Source: Ignavibacteriota bacterium (GTDB taxonomy: Bacteria; Bacteroidota; Ignavibacteria; UBA10030). Taken from it: a DNA stretch of 64,000 nucleotides. Position numbers and translations under genes: made by a program. Of the stretch, positions 10,316 to 20,794 are shown one piece after another. The notes beneath the pieces are model-generated. The model did not search any database. It was not told the origin of the DNA and saw only the letters and a program-made list of their open reading frames with translations. The first letter of the stretch is position 1, and each line of letters opens with the position of its first letter. The stretch spans positions 320,001 through 384,000 of the forward strand of contig CAVSHO010000011.1 of NCBI GenBank assembly GCA_963727825.1, read 5' to 3'.

Positions 10316-10571
10316 GCCGACTCCAAAATATATGTATGATAAAAGACCTGCTTGGAAACTTTGATAAAATAACAAATCCTATCGTTGATGTTTATAAACG
10401 AATTCATAAACGGATGAAAATTAGCGAACTCATAATTCATATGCAATCTAACGATATAAAAATATTAAAATTGGATATCCTGTAAAATACACTGTCCGGA
10501 CAATGTCGTCTGATGTAAAATCCGCGTGAGGAACTATTTTATTCTTCATTGAAGCGAACACTGTTTAACAA

Positions 10572-11852
10572 TCATTCTTTTTGAGTCGTTTTTGGTCCCT
10601 TTCGGAAAACCCATACACCAACAATCGCTACTAGAAGGACACCTAATACTATCAATATATACGTCAGCCACTTTGCTCCCGGCATTACAGAGGCATGCCA
10701 TTTTTCAAATTTTGATTCAATATCTTTTTTCTGTGTATCAGAAATTTTATGCAACTCGGTTAGAGCTGGCAGCCATGTTGCATTTAGATCGGGTTGCCAT
10801 AAACTTTCATTAAAGTTCGCAAAAAGTTTATAACGTGTGTCATCGGTTTCCTTATTCACATTTTGAGTTTGCTCATCGAAGAAAGCGATAAAGTTGGCTA
10901 TAAATTCGTCACCGTTTTTAAACTCCTTTACTGCAAAACCTTTCTCTTTGAACAACAAGCTGAGTGAGCGCCACATCGCACCATCAACCTTGTCTTGCCA
11001 TATTGTGAGCATTGAATCGACTATGCCGACTTCGCTCATCTTCGATTTCCTGCTCAGATAGAGTGAAGTAAGTTTCGGTGCTAACCCAGTCCACTGTGAT
11101 TGAAATCTTTCCTGTTGTCGCACAATTGTTACAAGATCACTTCCCCTAAGTTGTGTCGATTCAAGGAAGGCAATATTATCTATAATAGATCGTTTCACAT
11201 TTCCAATGATACCGTGACGATCGAACTTGCCTATAAGCCCCTGTTTCTCAATATCCTTCATATCACCAACATTTTTGTCATATTGCATAAAAAGACTATC
11301 TGTAAGAGCGAAAACAAGCGCATCGCGTTCTTGCAGCCCTTGGCGTAGTTTTACTATCATGTTACGGAGTGAATCTATTGGTGTCTTAGAATTAAAGAGA
11401 TCGCCTGAAAGTTTTTTAACGTTTTCTGTAAGTTGCTGCACTTCAGCCATCAATGCTGCGTTTTGGTTTGTTAATTTCATTAATTGATCCGACAGCTCAC
11501 GGATTTTTACTTCCAATTCTGTGATGCGCACAATTTGACTTTCAATTACACCAAGATCCCTTTGCCGAATAAGTAGTTTGCCTCGAAGTTGTTCTATTGT
11601 TTTATCATATCCATCCGGATAATTTGCTTTATTGATGAATATTTTATCACTGCCAAATTCTTTTTCTATCTCATCAATTGAAGTACTTGCTTCAGCACAC
11701 TCTTGCATTGTCTTTGCCTGATCAATATTTTTCTCAATGGATTTAGTTAAGGTCTGAAAATGCTGAACAATAGCATAATCCGATTTTTGCTGTGCAGCAA
11801 GTATAAGATTCAAGGCTACCAGCAAAGCAATAAGTCGAATGATAGTCTTCAT
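10572..11852 (-). CDS. Hypothetical exported coiled-coil protein with C-terminal membrane anchor
   Basis: Signal peptide, long heptad-rich helical segment, C-terminal WLTYILIVLGVLLVAIVGVWVF followed by basic residues. Confidence 0.8.
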   Translation of the reverse strand: MKTIIRLIALLVALNLILAAQQKSDYAIVQHFQTLTKSIEKNIDQAKTMQECAEASTSIDEIEKEFGSDKIFINKANYPDGYDKTIEQLRGKLLIRQRDLGVIESQIVRITELEVKIRELSDQLMKLTNQNAALMAEVQQLTENVKKLSGDLFNSKTPIDSLRNMIVKLRQGLQERDALVFALTDSLFMQYDKNVGDMKDIEKQGLIGKFDRHGIIGNVKRSIIDNIAFLESTQLRGSDLVTIVRQQERFQSQWTGLAPKLTSLYLSRKSKMSEVGIVDSMLTIWQDKVDGAMWRSLSLLFKEKGFAVKEFKNGDEFIANFIAFFDEQTQNVNKETDDTRYKLFANFNESLWQPDLNATWLPALTELHKISDTQKKDIESKFEKWHASVMPGAKWLTYILIVLGVLLVAIVGVWVFRKGPKTTQKE

Positions 11853-12307
11853 TTTCTTTCTCCTTCAAAGACTCCATCTTCTGTTAGTAAAATGGTCTGA
11901 TTTTGTCCATTCACAAGTTGGATATACGGTACTCGCTGGTTAAATGCCGGTTCACTTAATCCATTCTCCGCTACAAAAATTTTGTTTTTGAGCTTCAAAC
12001 CACCCTTTGCCTGTTCAAATACATATACATTCTGAAATTGCGCCGCCGTAATAAAGTAAAAACCCTTCACATCGCGAATCATCCGCAAAGTCATCTTTGA
12101 GACATTAACAGAATCCTTTGTTTCGACAAAGAGGAGTTCTTTAACATTGAGTGAGAAGCTGTAACGTTCGCTCTGCACATTACCTTGACTATCCACGTTT
12201 AGGAGAGACTCGACGGGCCATGCAAAATCACCTGGTTTCAAAATCATTGATGAACAACCAGCTAAGAAAAAAATACTTAGAATTATTGGAATCAATGTCG
12301 CTTTCAT
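11849..12307 (-). CDS. Hypothetical lipoprotein
   Basis: Start refined to ATG 12307 (GGAGG RBS); lipobox LAGC; ATGA overlap with the next gene. Confidence 0.8.
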   Translation of the reverse strand: MKATLIPIILSIFFLAGCSSMILKPGDFAWPVESLLNVDSQGNVQSERYSFSLNVKELLFVETKDSVNVSKMTLRMIRDVKGFYFITAAQFQNVYVFEQAKGGLKLKNKIFVAENGLSEPAFNQRVPYIQLVNGQNQTILLTEDGVFEGERK

Positions 12308-12520
12308 ACTACCTCCAAGATGGTTATTCAAGAGGAAATTCGCCAAATTATGCTGCACCAATGTATAAAAGGAAATTGTTGGATTCAAGTGTTATACTCT
12401 AAAAATTAACCAAATTAGCAGTATTGCTTTTCTCGTTCAGGCAAAGTACAGTTGTTGATAAAAAGAAAATGAAATCTGTGGAAGTATGATATGATCGATT
12501 ATTAGTTAATGTATTTAAGT

Positions 12521-14128
12521 TCACTTTACTTTTTCCTGCTTCCACCAGCGTGTGACAACCTCAGCAATTTTTGTTTTAGCATCACTTTGTTTCCATTTCT
12601 CATAAAATCTGATATCGCTACTATCAGGCTCCGGATTAGGATAATCGATCTGCACACGCAAAGGCATAGAGATTGCTTCGCCTACAATAAGCGCTTCGCC
12701 GACTTTAAGCGACGGTAAAACATCGGTAAGACTTGCAAATGTATCTGGCACCAACCGCTTTATGTAGTTCTGATCAAGCGGGTTCGTTAATCGCAAAACG
12801 ATATAATTGTTGCATTGCGAAAGAATTGTTTCTGAAACTTCTACTGGACGTTGACTGACTATCATACAACTAACGCCGTATTTCCTTCCTTCTTTTGCAA
12901 TACGCTCTACTGTTTTTCGGGCAGAGGCCGTAACGGTGCCTGTGCTTGGCAAATAATTGTGCGCCTCTTCAAATACCAATAGAATTGGAAAATCGCGTCG
13001 ATTTGGATTCCAAAAATTGAAATCAAATATCAAACGCGCAAGAAGTGATACTATCGTATTAACAATATCAAATGGTACGCCGCTCATATCTAGAATTGTT
13101 ACTTGCGCGCTGCCATCTGCGCCCAATATCTTCGATAATAAATCGTTTATAGCTATAGATTGAACATATTCTTTTAGGCGGAACATAAATGCGTACCGAG
13201 GATCGTTCAATTTACCATCCAACCGGACAAGGAATCTTGCAAATTTACCGTAGAAAGGCCCCTCTTTCACCGTCGCGCCCATAGTTATTTTTTCACTGTC
13301 CATGAATTGTAACTTGGCACGGATCTCGCTTAAATCATAATACACCGGAGTGTCTACTGTGATCATCATTGACATTTCCGGATTCTTTCCTTTTTTTGAC
13401 ATAATGACAAGATCTTTTAGTACAGTAATTTGGCTTGATGCATTTTCGTCTTTATCATCAATAAACATTTCACGCAGTTCGTCAAAGTTCATTAACCAAT
13501 AAGGCAATTCAAATTCTCCAATGTCGAGATGATTGCAGTTTCCCTCGAATGCCTTATAATATTCATTGTGGATATCAAGGATGATGATGTTTGTATCTGG
13601 ATACTTTGAAACTTTCTGTAAGATAGAAGCAACAGCGCATGATTTTCCGGCACCACTAGAACCAAGCACTGCGATATGCTTACCAAAAAACTTATTAGCA
13701 TCAAGAAAGGCGCGTTGGTTTTCAAACAGCGAAATCTGTCCGACAGAAAATCCATATCGCTGATACACTGCAAATGCTACAGCAAGGTCGGCATCCTCTG
13801 CAAAAAAAACTGGCATGTCAACCACAGGAAAGATAGATATGCCGCGTTCAAATCGGCCGCCTTTTACCGTGCCTACCATCGAAGCAAGAAGAATATATCG
13901 CTGCTGCGCTTGCCCATTAACATTTACGTCTTCTTTCTTCAAATCCGATACCATCCCAAGCAGTACCAATGTTCCCATAGGAATTAAGATGTAAGTTCCG
14001 ATTTGTCCGATATAATATGTTTTACCGTTAACCTCTCTTTTTAGTGAAGTGGTTTTGGGATCGAGAAGGATGGAAATAATCCCGCTATTCACCGATGCGA
14101 CGACACCGATATATTTTTGTTCCACCAT
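12521..14128 (-). CDS. HerA/FtsK-superfamily ATPase (HAS-barrel plus DUF87-type)
   Basis: N-terminal barrel, KHIAVLGSSGAGKS Walker A, LDIHNEY, LVFEEAH Walker B, AKEGRKYGV, SQRP. Confidence 0.88.
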   Translation of the reverse strand: MVEQKYIGVVASVNSGIISILLDPKTTSLKREVNGKTYYIGQIGTYILIPMGTLVLLGMVSDLKKEDVNVNGQAQQRYILLASMVGTVKGGRFERGISIFPVVDMPVFFAEDADLAVAFAVYQRYGFSVGQISLFENQRAFLDANKFFGKHIAVLGSSGAGKSCAVASILQKVSKYPDTNIIILDIHNEYYKAFEGNCNHLDIGEFELPYWLMNFDELREMFIDDKDENASSQITVLKDLVIMSKKGKNPEMSMMITVDTPVYYDLSEIRAKLQFMDSEKITMGATVKEGPFYGKFARFLVRLDGKLNDPRYAFMFRLKEYVQSIAINDLLSKILGADGSAQVTILDMSGVPFDIVNTIVSLLARLIFDFNFWNPNRRDFPILLVFEEAHNYLPSTGTVTASARKTVERIAKEGRKYGVSCMIVSQRPVEVSETILSQCNNYIVLRLTNPLDQNYIKRLVPDTFASLTDVLPSLKVGEALIVGEAISMPLRVQIDYPNPEPDSSDIRFYEKWKQSDAKTKIAEVVTRWWKQEKVK

Positions 14129-14157
14129 AGTTCAACCTTTCTCGTGCAAGATTTGTT

Positions 14158-15390
14158 TCAACTGACTCGTTTAATAACGACGATAGTTCGATCGTCGGTA
14201 TACTCTGCGCCTTCAGCAAAAAGTTCAACATCTTCAATTAATGATTTGCAAATCTCCTTTGCTCCTTTAGCCGCATACTTTTGAATATTTTCAGCAAAGC
14301 GCTTTTCTCCATAAGGCATACCGTCGCTACGAAGTGCTTCAGTAATACCATCGGTATAGATTACTGCAACATCCCCTTTTTTCAACATCGTGCTTTCCAC
14401 TCGATAATTGCCGCGAGGGAACGGACCAAGAATTAGTCCTGTCGGTTCTAACAATTCGATGCTTTTATCTTGCGTATGATAAACCATCGGACTATTGTGC
14501 CCCGCGTTAGCATATAGCATCAGGCCTTTTACACCATCTGTGAGCTCGGCGTAGAACATCGAAACAAATTGTTCTTCAGCAAATGAACGATTCACAATTT
14601 TATTGATTCCAGACATCAATGCGGCAGTTTTAGTTTGATGCGCAATTCCCATCCGCAAGGCGCCAACAACATACAACGCTTGTGCAGCAGCGCGGAATCC
14701 TTTACTCGCAGCATCGCCAACGACAATCATCAAACGATCTTTTACCTCATCTGCAAAAAGATAATCAAAGAAATCTCCGCCAACGATCCTGTCCGGCACG
14801 GAAATTCCATAAATATCGTAAAAATAGAAATGAAGAAATGGATTTGGTAAAATGCCTAATTGAATTTCCCGTGCTTTGTCAATATCCTGTTCAAGCAATC
14901 GAGCTTTTTGTTCGATACGTTTGCTACGAAGAACAGATGTGACTGCAAGACTGATAACGTTTAGATTAGGAAGAAGATCCTGATCGATAAAATCTGAATT
15001 GAATGCTAAAACATATTGGAAAACAGTTTCATTGCGGTAAGATACTTTATCTCCAATGCCTGTTGCAGAATATTTGATAATTCCTTTATTCCTAAGATAT
15101 CTATCTGTTTCATTGGCAATGATGGAACGTTGTTCAACAAGGTGCTTGAACATCGGATATCGAGCAACTTGAATGCGATAACCCGAGTCCAGTCGTTCAA
15201 TTTGTCCAATCTGGTGAATAAGGCGATATGATTCGGTCAATGGTTCGTATTGCCAAAGTCGTCCACCTTTAAGAAGAATGTCTTCGCTCTTGACAATTTC
15301 ATTGAGAACATGCTTGAGCAAATCTTTTTCTGTTCTAAATTGTTCAAGAGCAAAGCTTTCTATAGTGCGATATAATCGTCGTTGATTCAT
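14158..15390 (-). CDS. PP2C/SpoIIE (RsbU-like) Ser/Thr phosphatase with N-terminal GAF-like region
   Basis: VGGDFFD, GDAASKG, NAGH, YTDGITEA, DDRTIVVI. Confidence 0.9.
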   Translation of the reverse strand: MNQRRLYRTIESFALEQFRTEKDLLKHVLNEIVKSEDILLKGGRLWQYEPLTESYRLIHQIGQIERLDSGYRIQVARYPMFKHLVEQRSIIANETDRYLRNKGIIKYSATGIGDKVSYRNETVFQYVLAFNSDFIDQDLLPNLNVISLAVTSVLRSKRIEQKARLLEQDIDKAREIQLGILPNPFLHFYFYDIYGISVPDRIVGGDFFDYLFADEVKDRLMIVVGDAASKGFRAAAQALYVVGALRMGIAHQTKTAALMSGINKIVNRSFAEEQFVSMFYAELTDGVKGLMLYANAGHNSPMVYHTQDKSIELLEPTGLILGPFPRGNYRVESTMLKKGDVAVIYTDGITEALRSDGMPYGEKRFAENIQKYAAKGAKEICKSLIEDVELFAEGAEYTDDRTIVVIKRVS

Positions 15391-15599
15391 ACTGTACCTG
15401 AACTTAAAAGCAGGATTTCCTTATTAATCAATTTCTCGTTCTCCTTCAATCTTTCTGCTCCAAGAATATATTCAAATTCTTCCCGATATACATTAAACAA
15501 TGTCAATAGACAATCCGTAACTATGTTTCAACACTGCCGCTGATTCATAAAATCAGATCCATACGTTGTCAGTGTGAGTCCATTTATCTGTGTCATTTC

Positions 15600-18216
15600 T
15601 TAATCCTTCTTTTCAAGTTTACTCTTTAGCGCTGCCAGCGTTTGCATCGCCTCCAGTGGAGTCATATGTTCGATATCGAGATTAAGTAGTTCAGCGCGCA
15701 ACCTGTCGTCTTTCACTTCAAACATCGTTAATTGCACACTCTTCTTGTCGATTCTCACCTCTTGCAACCTTTTTTTCTTTTGTTCTAACTACCAATTCCG
15801 AGCTTTCCAGATTCTTCAACACTTGCTTTGCACGTTCTGTTACTTCTTCTGGCAAACCCGCCATTTGTGCAACTTGAATTCCGTACGAGTGATCGGCAAA
15901 GCCCGGCATCACTTTATGAAGAAAGATTACTTTATCTCCATATTCACGTACATCGACCTTGTAATTTTTGATGCGTGAAAAAACATCAGCAAGTTCATTT
16001 AATTCGTGATAGTGCGTTGCAAAAAGCGTCTTGGCGCCGATTCGTTCATGCAAATACTCTGTTAACGCCCAGGCAATGCTTATACCGTCGAACGTGCTTG
16101 TTCCACGTCCAATTTCATCGAGGAGAATTAGACTGTGCTCTGTCGCCGTGTTGACAATGTTCGCCGCTTCGTGCATTTCTACTAAGAAAGTACTTTCACC
16201 GGATGCAATATTGTCGCTCGCACCTACGCGTGTGTAAATTCTATCCACAATTCCAATACGCGCCGATGCAGCTGGAACAAAACTTCCAATCTGAGCAAGT
16301 AAAACATTCAAACCAATCTGTCGCAAGTAACTCGATTTGCCGCTCATATTCGGACCGGTGATAATTAGAATCTGATCCGATGCTGTATCAAGCAGTGTAT
16401 TATTCGGTGTATAATGCTCACCCGGTGGCAATAGTTTTTCTATAACCGGATGCCGCCCATCCTTGATTTCTATAAACAACGAATTATCCACAATTGGACA
16501 AGTATATTTATTCTCAACCGCTACATCGGCAAGCGATATAAAGCAGTCCAATGATGCAATTGCATAAGCATTAGTTTGAATTGTGCTTGCGTTTTCTGCA
16601 ATCTTTTGACGTAGTTCATTAAAAAGACGTGTTTCGAGCGTAAGAATTCTTTCTTCCGCGTGGAGAATTTTTTCTTCATATTCTTTCAATTCCGGAGTCA
16701 CAAAACGCTCGGCATTTGCCAGCGTTTGTTTGCGGATGTAATTATCCGGCACCTTGTCTTTGTGCGTATTCGTCACTTCAATATAATAACCAAACACATT
16801 ATTGAAACTGATCTTTAACGATGAAATGCCAGTGCGTTCCCGTTCTGACTGCTGATGTTTAGCCACCCAATCTTTAGCGCCAAATGCCAACGCGCGAATT
16901 TCATCCAGCTCTGTGTTATAACCATTCTTTATTACACCGCCATCCACAAAAGCCATTGGCGGATCATCGGTAATTGCTTTATCAATTGCTAAGACAAGAT
17001 CAGAGAGAGAATCAAGGTTCTTGTTGAGCGCTGTTAGCGTTTGACTTTTCAGATTTGAAATTTGGGATTTGAGATTTGGAATCAATTCCAGCATCGCTTT
17101 TAGTTGATTCACTTCGCGCGGATTTGCTCTGCCGGTTGCAATTTTTGCAATCAATCGTTCCAAATCGCCGATATGTCCTAACTCTTCCCGAATTTTACGA
17201 CGTGTTGACTCGTTCGTTACCAATTCCTGCACTGCATCAAGCCGCGCTTGGATTGGTTCTAATCGCTTCAATGGACGATTGATCCACTGTTTCAACATTC
17301 TCCCGCCCATCGGAGTAAGTGTACGATCAATGATTGAATAAAGTGTGCCTTCAGGTTGACCGGAGATATTGGCTGTAATTTCGAGATTACGTTTCGTCGA
17401 AGCATCCAGAACCATATATTCACTCACATCATGCGGAACAATTTTTTTTATATGCGGAATGTTCAACTTTTGAGTTTCCTGCAAATAATTCATTATTGCG
17501 CCGGCTGCAATTGTACCAATGCGCATTTCTTCAATACCAAAACCTTTTAGCGACTGTGTTTTGAAATGATTAATGAGCAACTCGTAAGCATAATCGGCGT
17601 TGAAGACCCAATCGTCCACTTTCGTATAGAGCACATGAAAATATTCGCCAATCAAAGTTTTTATCGTTTCCAAATCACGTTTCTGCACAAGTAATTCTTG
17701 CGGCTGTAGACTACTCGCCTGCTCAAAAAGTTGCTTCAACGGAAATTCACTCAGTCCGAATTCTCCAGTTGAGACATCAATAAATGCGAATCCGATCCGA
17801 TCCTCACTTGTTGCCAACGGAGACGGCAACGCCACCGCGGCTAGATAGTTATTTTGTTTTTGTTCTAACACTTTATCTGAGAACGCTACCCCTGGCGACA
17901 TAACTTCAACCACATCACGCTTGACAATGCCTTTTGCAAATTTTGGATCTTCTAACTGTTCACAAATGGCAACACGATATCCCGCGCGAAGAAGCTTGGG
18001 AAGATACAAATCAAGTGCATGATGAGGAAATCCGGCGAGAGGTGTTTCACCGGAGGTACCATTGCCTCGTTTAGTCAGCACAATCCCTAATACTTTAGAT
18101 GTTATCTTTGCATCTTCATCGAATGTTTCGAAAAAGTCGCCCATTCTGAAGAGAAGTATCGTATCAGGATATTTCGCCTTCACCTGCTGGTATTGTTTCA
18201 TTAATGGTGTCGACAT
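15600..18216 (-). CDS. mutS: DNA mismatch repair protein MutS (main ORF stops at 15718; the conserved C-terminal tail continues in the +1 frame to 15600)
   Basis: TPLMKQY, GDFFETF, TGPNMSGKS, STFLVEM, DEIGRGTS, FATHYHEL; tail QLTMF...DIEHMTPLEAM lies in the shifted frame. Confidence 0.95.
17050..17077. repeat. Four tandem heptamers inside mutS
   Basis: CAGATTT GAAATTT GGGATTT GAGATTT, translated as part of PNLKSQISNLKSQ. Confidence 0.65.
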
Positions 18217-18326
18217 AGAAGCAATGTAAAATAAAATAATTAATAATTATAAATGGAGAGATGTTTTCAGAAGTGAATGATTAGTTATCAGTGTTCCATG
18301 CGGCGCACTTTGTTACTTTCCGCTTC

Positions 18327-19109
18327 CTACTTAATCTTTCCTATTCCCCACTTCTTCATTGTTTCAAACATTTTATAATCTGTTAGATCGTATTGAATAG
18401 GCGTGACAGAAATATAATTACTGCGTACTGCGGCTTCATCAAATTCTAAATCTGTATCAACTTTTTCTAATCCGCCGGTAAGCCAATAGTACTCACGATT
18501 ATTTGGATCTCGCCTATGATCGAATGTATCATTCCACACTGCTTTGCCTTGCCGAGTAATAAGTACACCTTTAATCTCTTTGGAATTCAAAGGAGGAACA
18601 TTGACATTTAGCAGAGTACTTGACGGAAGTCCGTGTTTGCCGATTAGTAAAACGAGTTTTCTTGCAAACTTTGCCGCATATCGAAAATCCGCCGGTGCGT
18701 AAGTGGTCAAAGAAACTGCGATGGACGGAATACCAAGTATCGTTCCTTCAGTCGCAGCTGAAACTGTACCAGAATATATGATGCTTATTGCCGTGTTGGA
18801 ACCATGATTGATACCGGAAACAACTAAATCTGGCTCGCGTTTAAGAATAGCGCGTACTGCAAGCTTTACACAATCAGCAGGTGTGCCTTGTACAGCATAA
18901 CCAAAGAACTTTCCATCTTTCTTAAATTCTTTGACACGCAGCGGATAATTCATCGTTATAGCATGACCGACGGCGCTTTGCTGCTTGTCCGGCGCTACTA
19001 CTGTCACGATCCCGATCTTTTTCATTTCTTGCACAAGCGCATAAATACCCGGTGCATCAATGCCATCATCGTTTGAGACAAGAATACTGAGCTTTCGTTT
19101 TGATTTCAT
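18327..19109 (-). CDS. surE: 5'/3'-nucleotidase SurE
   Basis: ILVSNDDG, GTPADCV, SGINHGSN, YSGTVSAA. Confidence 0.96.
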   Translation of the reverse strand: MKSKRKLSILVSNDDGIDAPGIYALVQEMKKIGIVTVVAPDKQQSAVGHAITMNYPLRVKEFKKDGKFFGYAVQGTPADCVKLAVRAILKREPDLVVSGINHGSNTAISIIYSGTVSAATEGTILGIPSIAVSLTTYAPADFRYAAKFARKLVLLIGKHGLPSSTLLNVNVPPLNSKEIKGVLITRQGKAVWNDTFDHRRDPNNREYYWLTGGLEKVDTDLEFDEAAVRSNYISVTPIQYDLTDYKMFETMKKWGIGKIK

Positions 19110-19189
19110 AATTTATTTTAATACTGGTAAAATCGCAAAGATATAGGGTGCCTTTACTTGCATACTTTTACGGTTTTATCTTGCTTAGT

Positions 19190-20014
19190 TTAATAGCTTT
19201 CTTTTTGCGTTGGAAATTTTTCTTCTTTAACATCTTTTACATACCCGCTAACACTTAGGCGAATCGTTTCAGCAAGATGCGTATAATACCTAACAAAGCG
19301 CGGATGGAAATCTTCGTTCAACCCTAGCATATCAGATACCACAAGAATCTGCCCATCGCAATGCAAGCCGGCACCAATACCTATGGTCGGAATCTTAAGT
19401 GACTTTGTTACTTTGGCAGCAAGCTCGGATGGAATTTTCTCGAGTACAATGCCAAATGCTCCGGCTTCTTCTAAAATCTTCGCATCTTTAAGCAATTGCT
19501 TTGCCTCAGAAGGTGTTGTACCGCGTGGAGTAAAACCGCCGAATTGATGAATTGATTGCGGCGTCAATCCTAGGTGCCCCATTACCGGAATTCCTGCACG
19601 AACCATTATATGCACTAAATTGGCAGAACGCTCACCGCCTTCAAGTTTCACACCGCCAGCACCTGTTTCCTTCATTATGCGGCCAGCATTGCGAAACCCT
19701 TCTTCATCATTCGCCTGGTAAGACATAAATGGCATATCAATTATCACCATCGCCCGATCTACACCGCGGACAACTGTCTTCGCATGATAAATCATTTCAT
19801 CAAGTGTAACTGGCAGTGTCGTTTCTTGTCCCTGAAAAACATTTGCGAGTGAATCACCTACAAGAATAAGATCAATTCCTGATTGATCGAGCAAATGAGC
19901 AGTGATATAATCGTACGCTGTCAGGCAGGCGATTCGTGAACCGTTTTTTTTCATTGCTGCAATAACTTTTGTCGTAATTTTCTTCGGGCCTGATGTCGTG
20001 GATGAATTTTTCAT
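19190..20014 (-). CDS. panB: 3-methyl-2-oxobutanoate hydroxymethyltransferase
   Basis: LTAYD, LVGDSL, DMPFMSY, VKLEGG, GHLGLTPQS, IGIGAG. Confidence 0.97.
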   Translation of the reverse strand: MKNSSTTSGPKKITTKVIAAMKKNGSRIACLTAYDYITAHLLDQSGIDLILVGDSLANVFQGQETTLPVTLDEMIYHAKTVVRGVDRAMVIIDMPFMSYQANDEEGFRNAGRIMKETGAGGVKLEGGERSANLVHIMVRAGIPVMGHLGLTPQSIHQFGGFTPRGTTPSEAKQLLKDAKILEEAGAFGIVLEKIPSELAAKVTKSLKIPTIGIGAGLHCDGQILVVSDMLGLNEDFHPRFVRYYTHLAETIRLSVSGYVKDVKEEKFPTQKESY

Positions 20015-20787
20015 ATTGTCACCTTTTGTTCTTCATCATTTAAATTTACAACTTCCGGAGAAATCGACCATGCATTCCGGAATCCATGCAGAATTGCTTT
20101 TGCGATCTCATCGAATTTTACTATTCGATTTAAAACCGTTGATAGATCGGTTGTCTTTTCATCAAGTTCCTGCTTCAAAGAGACACGGTGTTCTTCCGAT
20201 GGAAGATTTAGAAAATCCACTATTTGCTTGTGTTCGGAACCAAGCAGAATAGAACCATGTTGCAATACCACTTCTTCGCCATTAACAGCGTTATAGCGCC
20301 GTTGAGCACTACCAACAAGCTTTTTACCGTAACATTTAATTTCATATCGTCCAGTGCTCGAGAAGCATGCCACTGCAGAAGCAGCTCGATAGAGCGACGG
20401 AAAATGCGGCTGACTCTTCTCGATAGCCACAGGTGCGCCAAGCTCCTGCAATCCGGCAATAAGAGCTCGGCTGATATCTTCATAAACAGTTAGAACATTT
20501 TTATCCTTCACCTGCATAACGACACTATATGTCATTTCATTTGCATGCAAAATTGCTCGTCCACCTGTGGGACGACGAACCACGTCGATACCTGCTATCG
20601 ATGTTTTGTTGAGATCAATTTCATCTATCGATTGATTCCAACCGAGTGAAATGGCAACCGGTTGCCAGCCATACACTCGAATAGTGGAATTACCATTACC
20701 ATCGATGAGGGCTCGGGCAAGAGCTTCGTCATACTCCATATTAAAAACACCAGAACGAGTGCCGGTGTTTTCAAATCGCCAATTCAT
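20011..20787 (-). CDS. Lipoate-protein ligase family protein (LipM/LplA-like)
   Basis: NMEYDEAL, VVRRPTGGRAILH, KKLVGSAQRR, LQHGSI. Confidence 0.88.
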   Translation of the reverse strand: MNWRFENTGTRSGVFNMEYDEALARALIDGNGNSTIRVYGWQPVAISLGWNQSIDEIDLNKTSIAGIDVVRRPTGGRAILHANEMTYSVVMQVKDKNVLTVYEDISRALIAGLQELGAPVAIEKSQPHFPSLYRAASAVACFSSTGRYEIKCYGKKLVGSAQRRYNAVNGEEVVLQHGSILLGSEHKQIVDFLNLPSEEHRVSLKQELDEKTTDLSTVLNRIVKFDEIAKAILHGFRNAWSISPEVVNLNDEEQKVTI

Positions 20788-20794
20788 ATTCTTT

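Noticed and set aside
10490-10507. Palindrome around TGTCCGGACA downstream of the coiled-coil gene
   Set aside because: Short, single copy and no U-tract; could be chance.
15387-15596. 69-codon minus-strand frame between mutS and the PP2C gene with an in-frame TGA after Cys (possible selenoprotein)
   Set aside because: It starts near the mutS tail stop and ends in an ATGA overlap, but I see no convincing SECIS hairpin and no recognisable family, so it is not supportable without a homology search.
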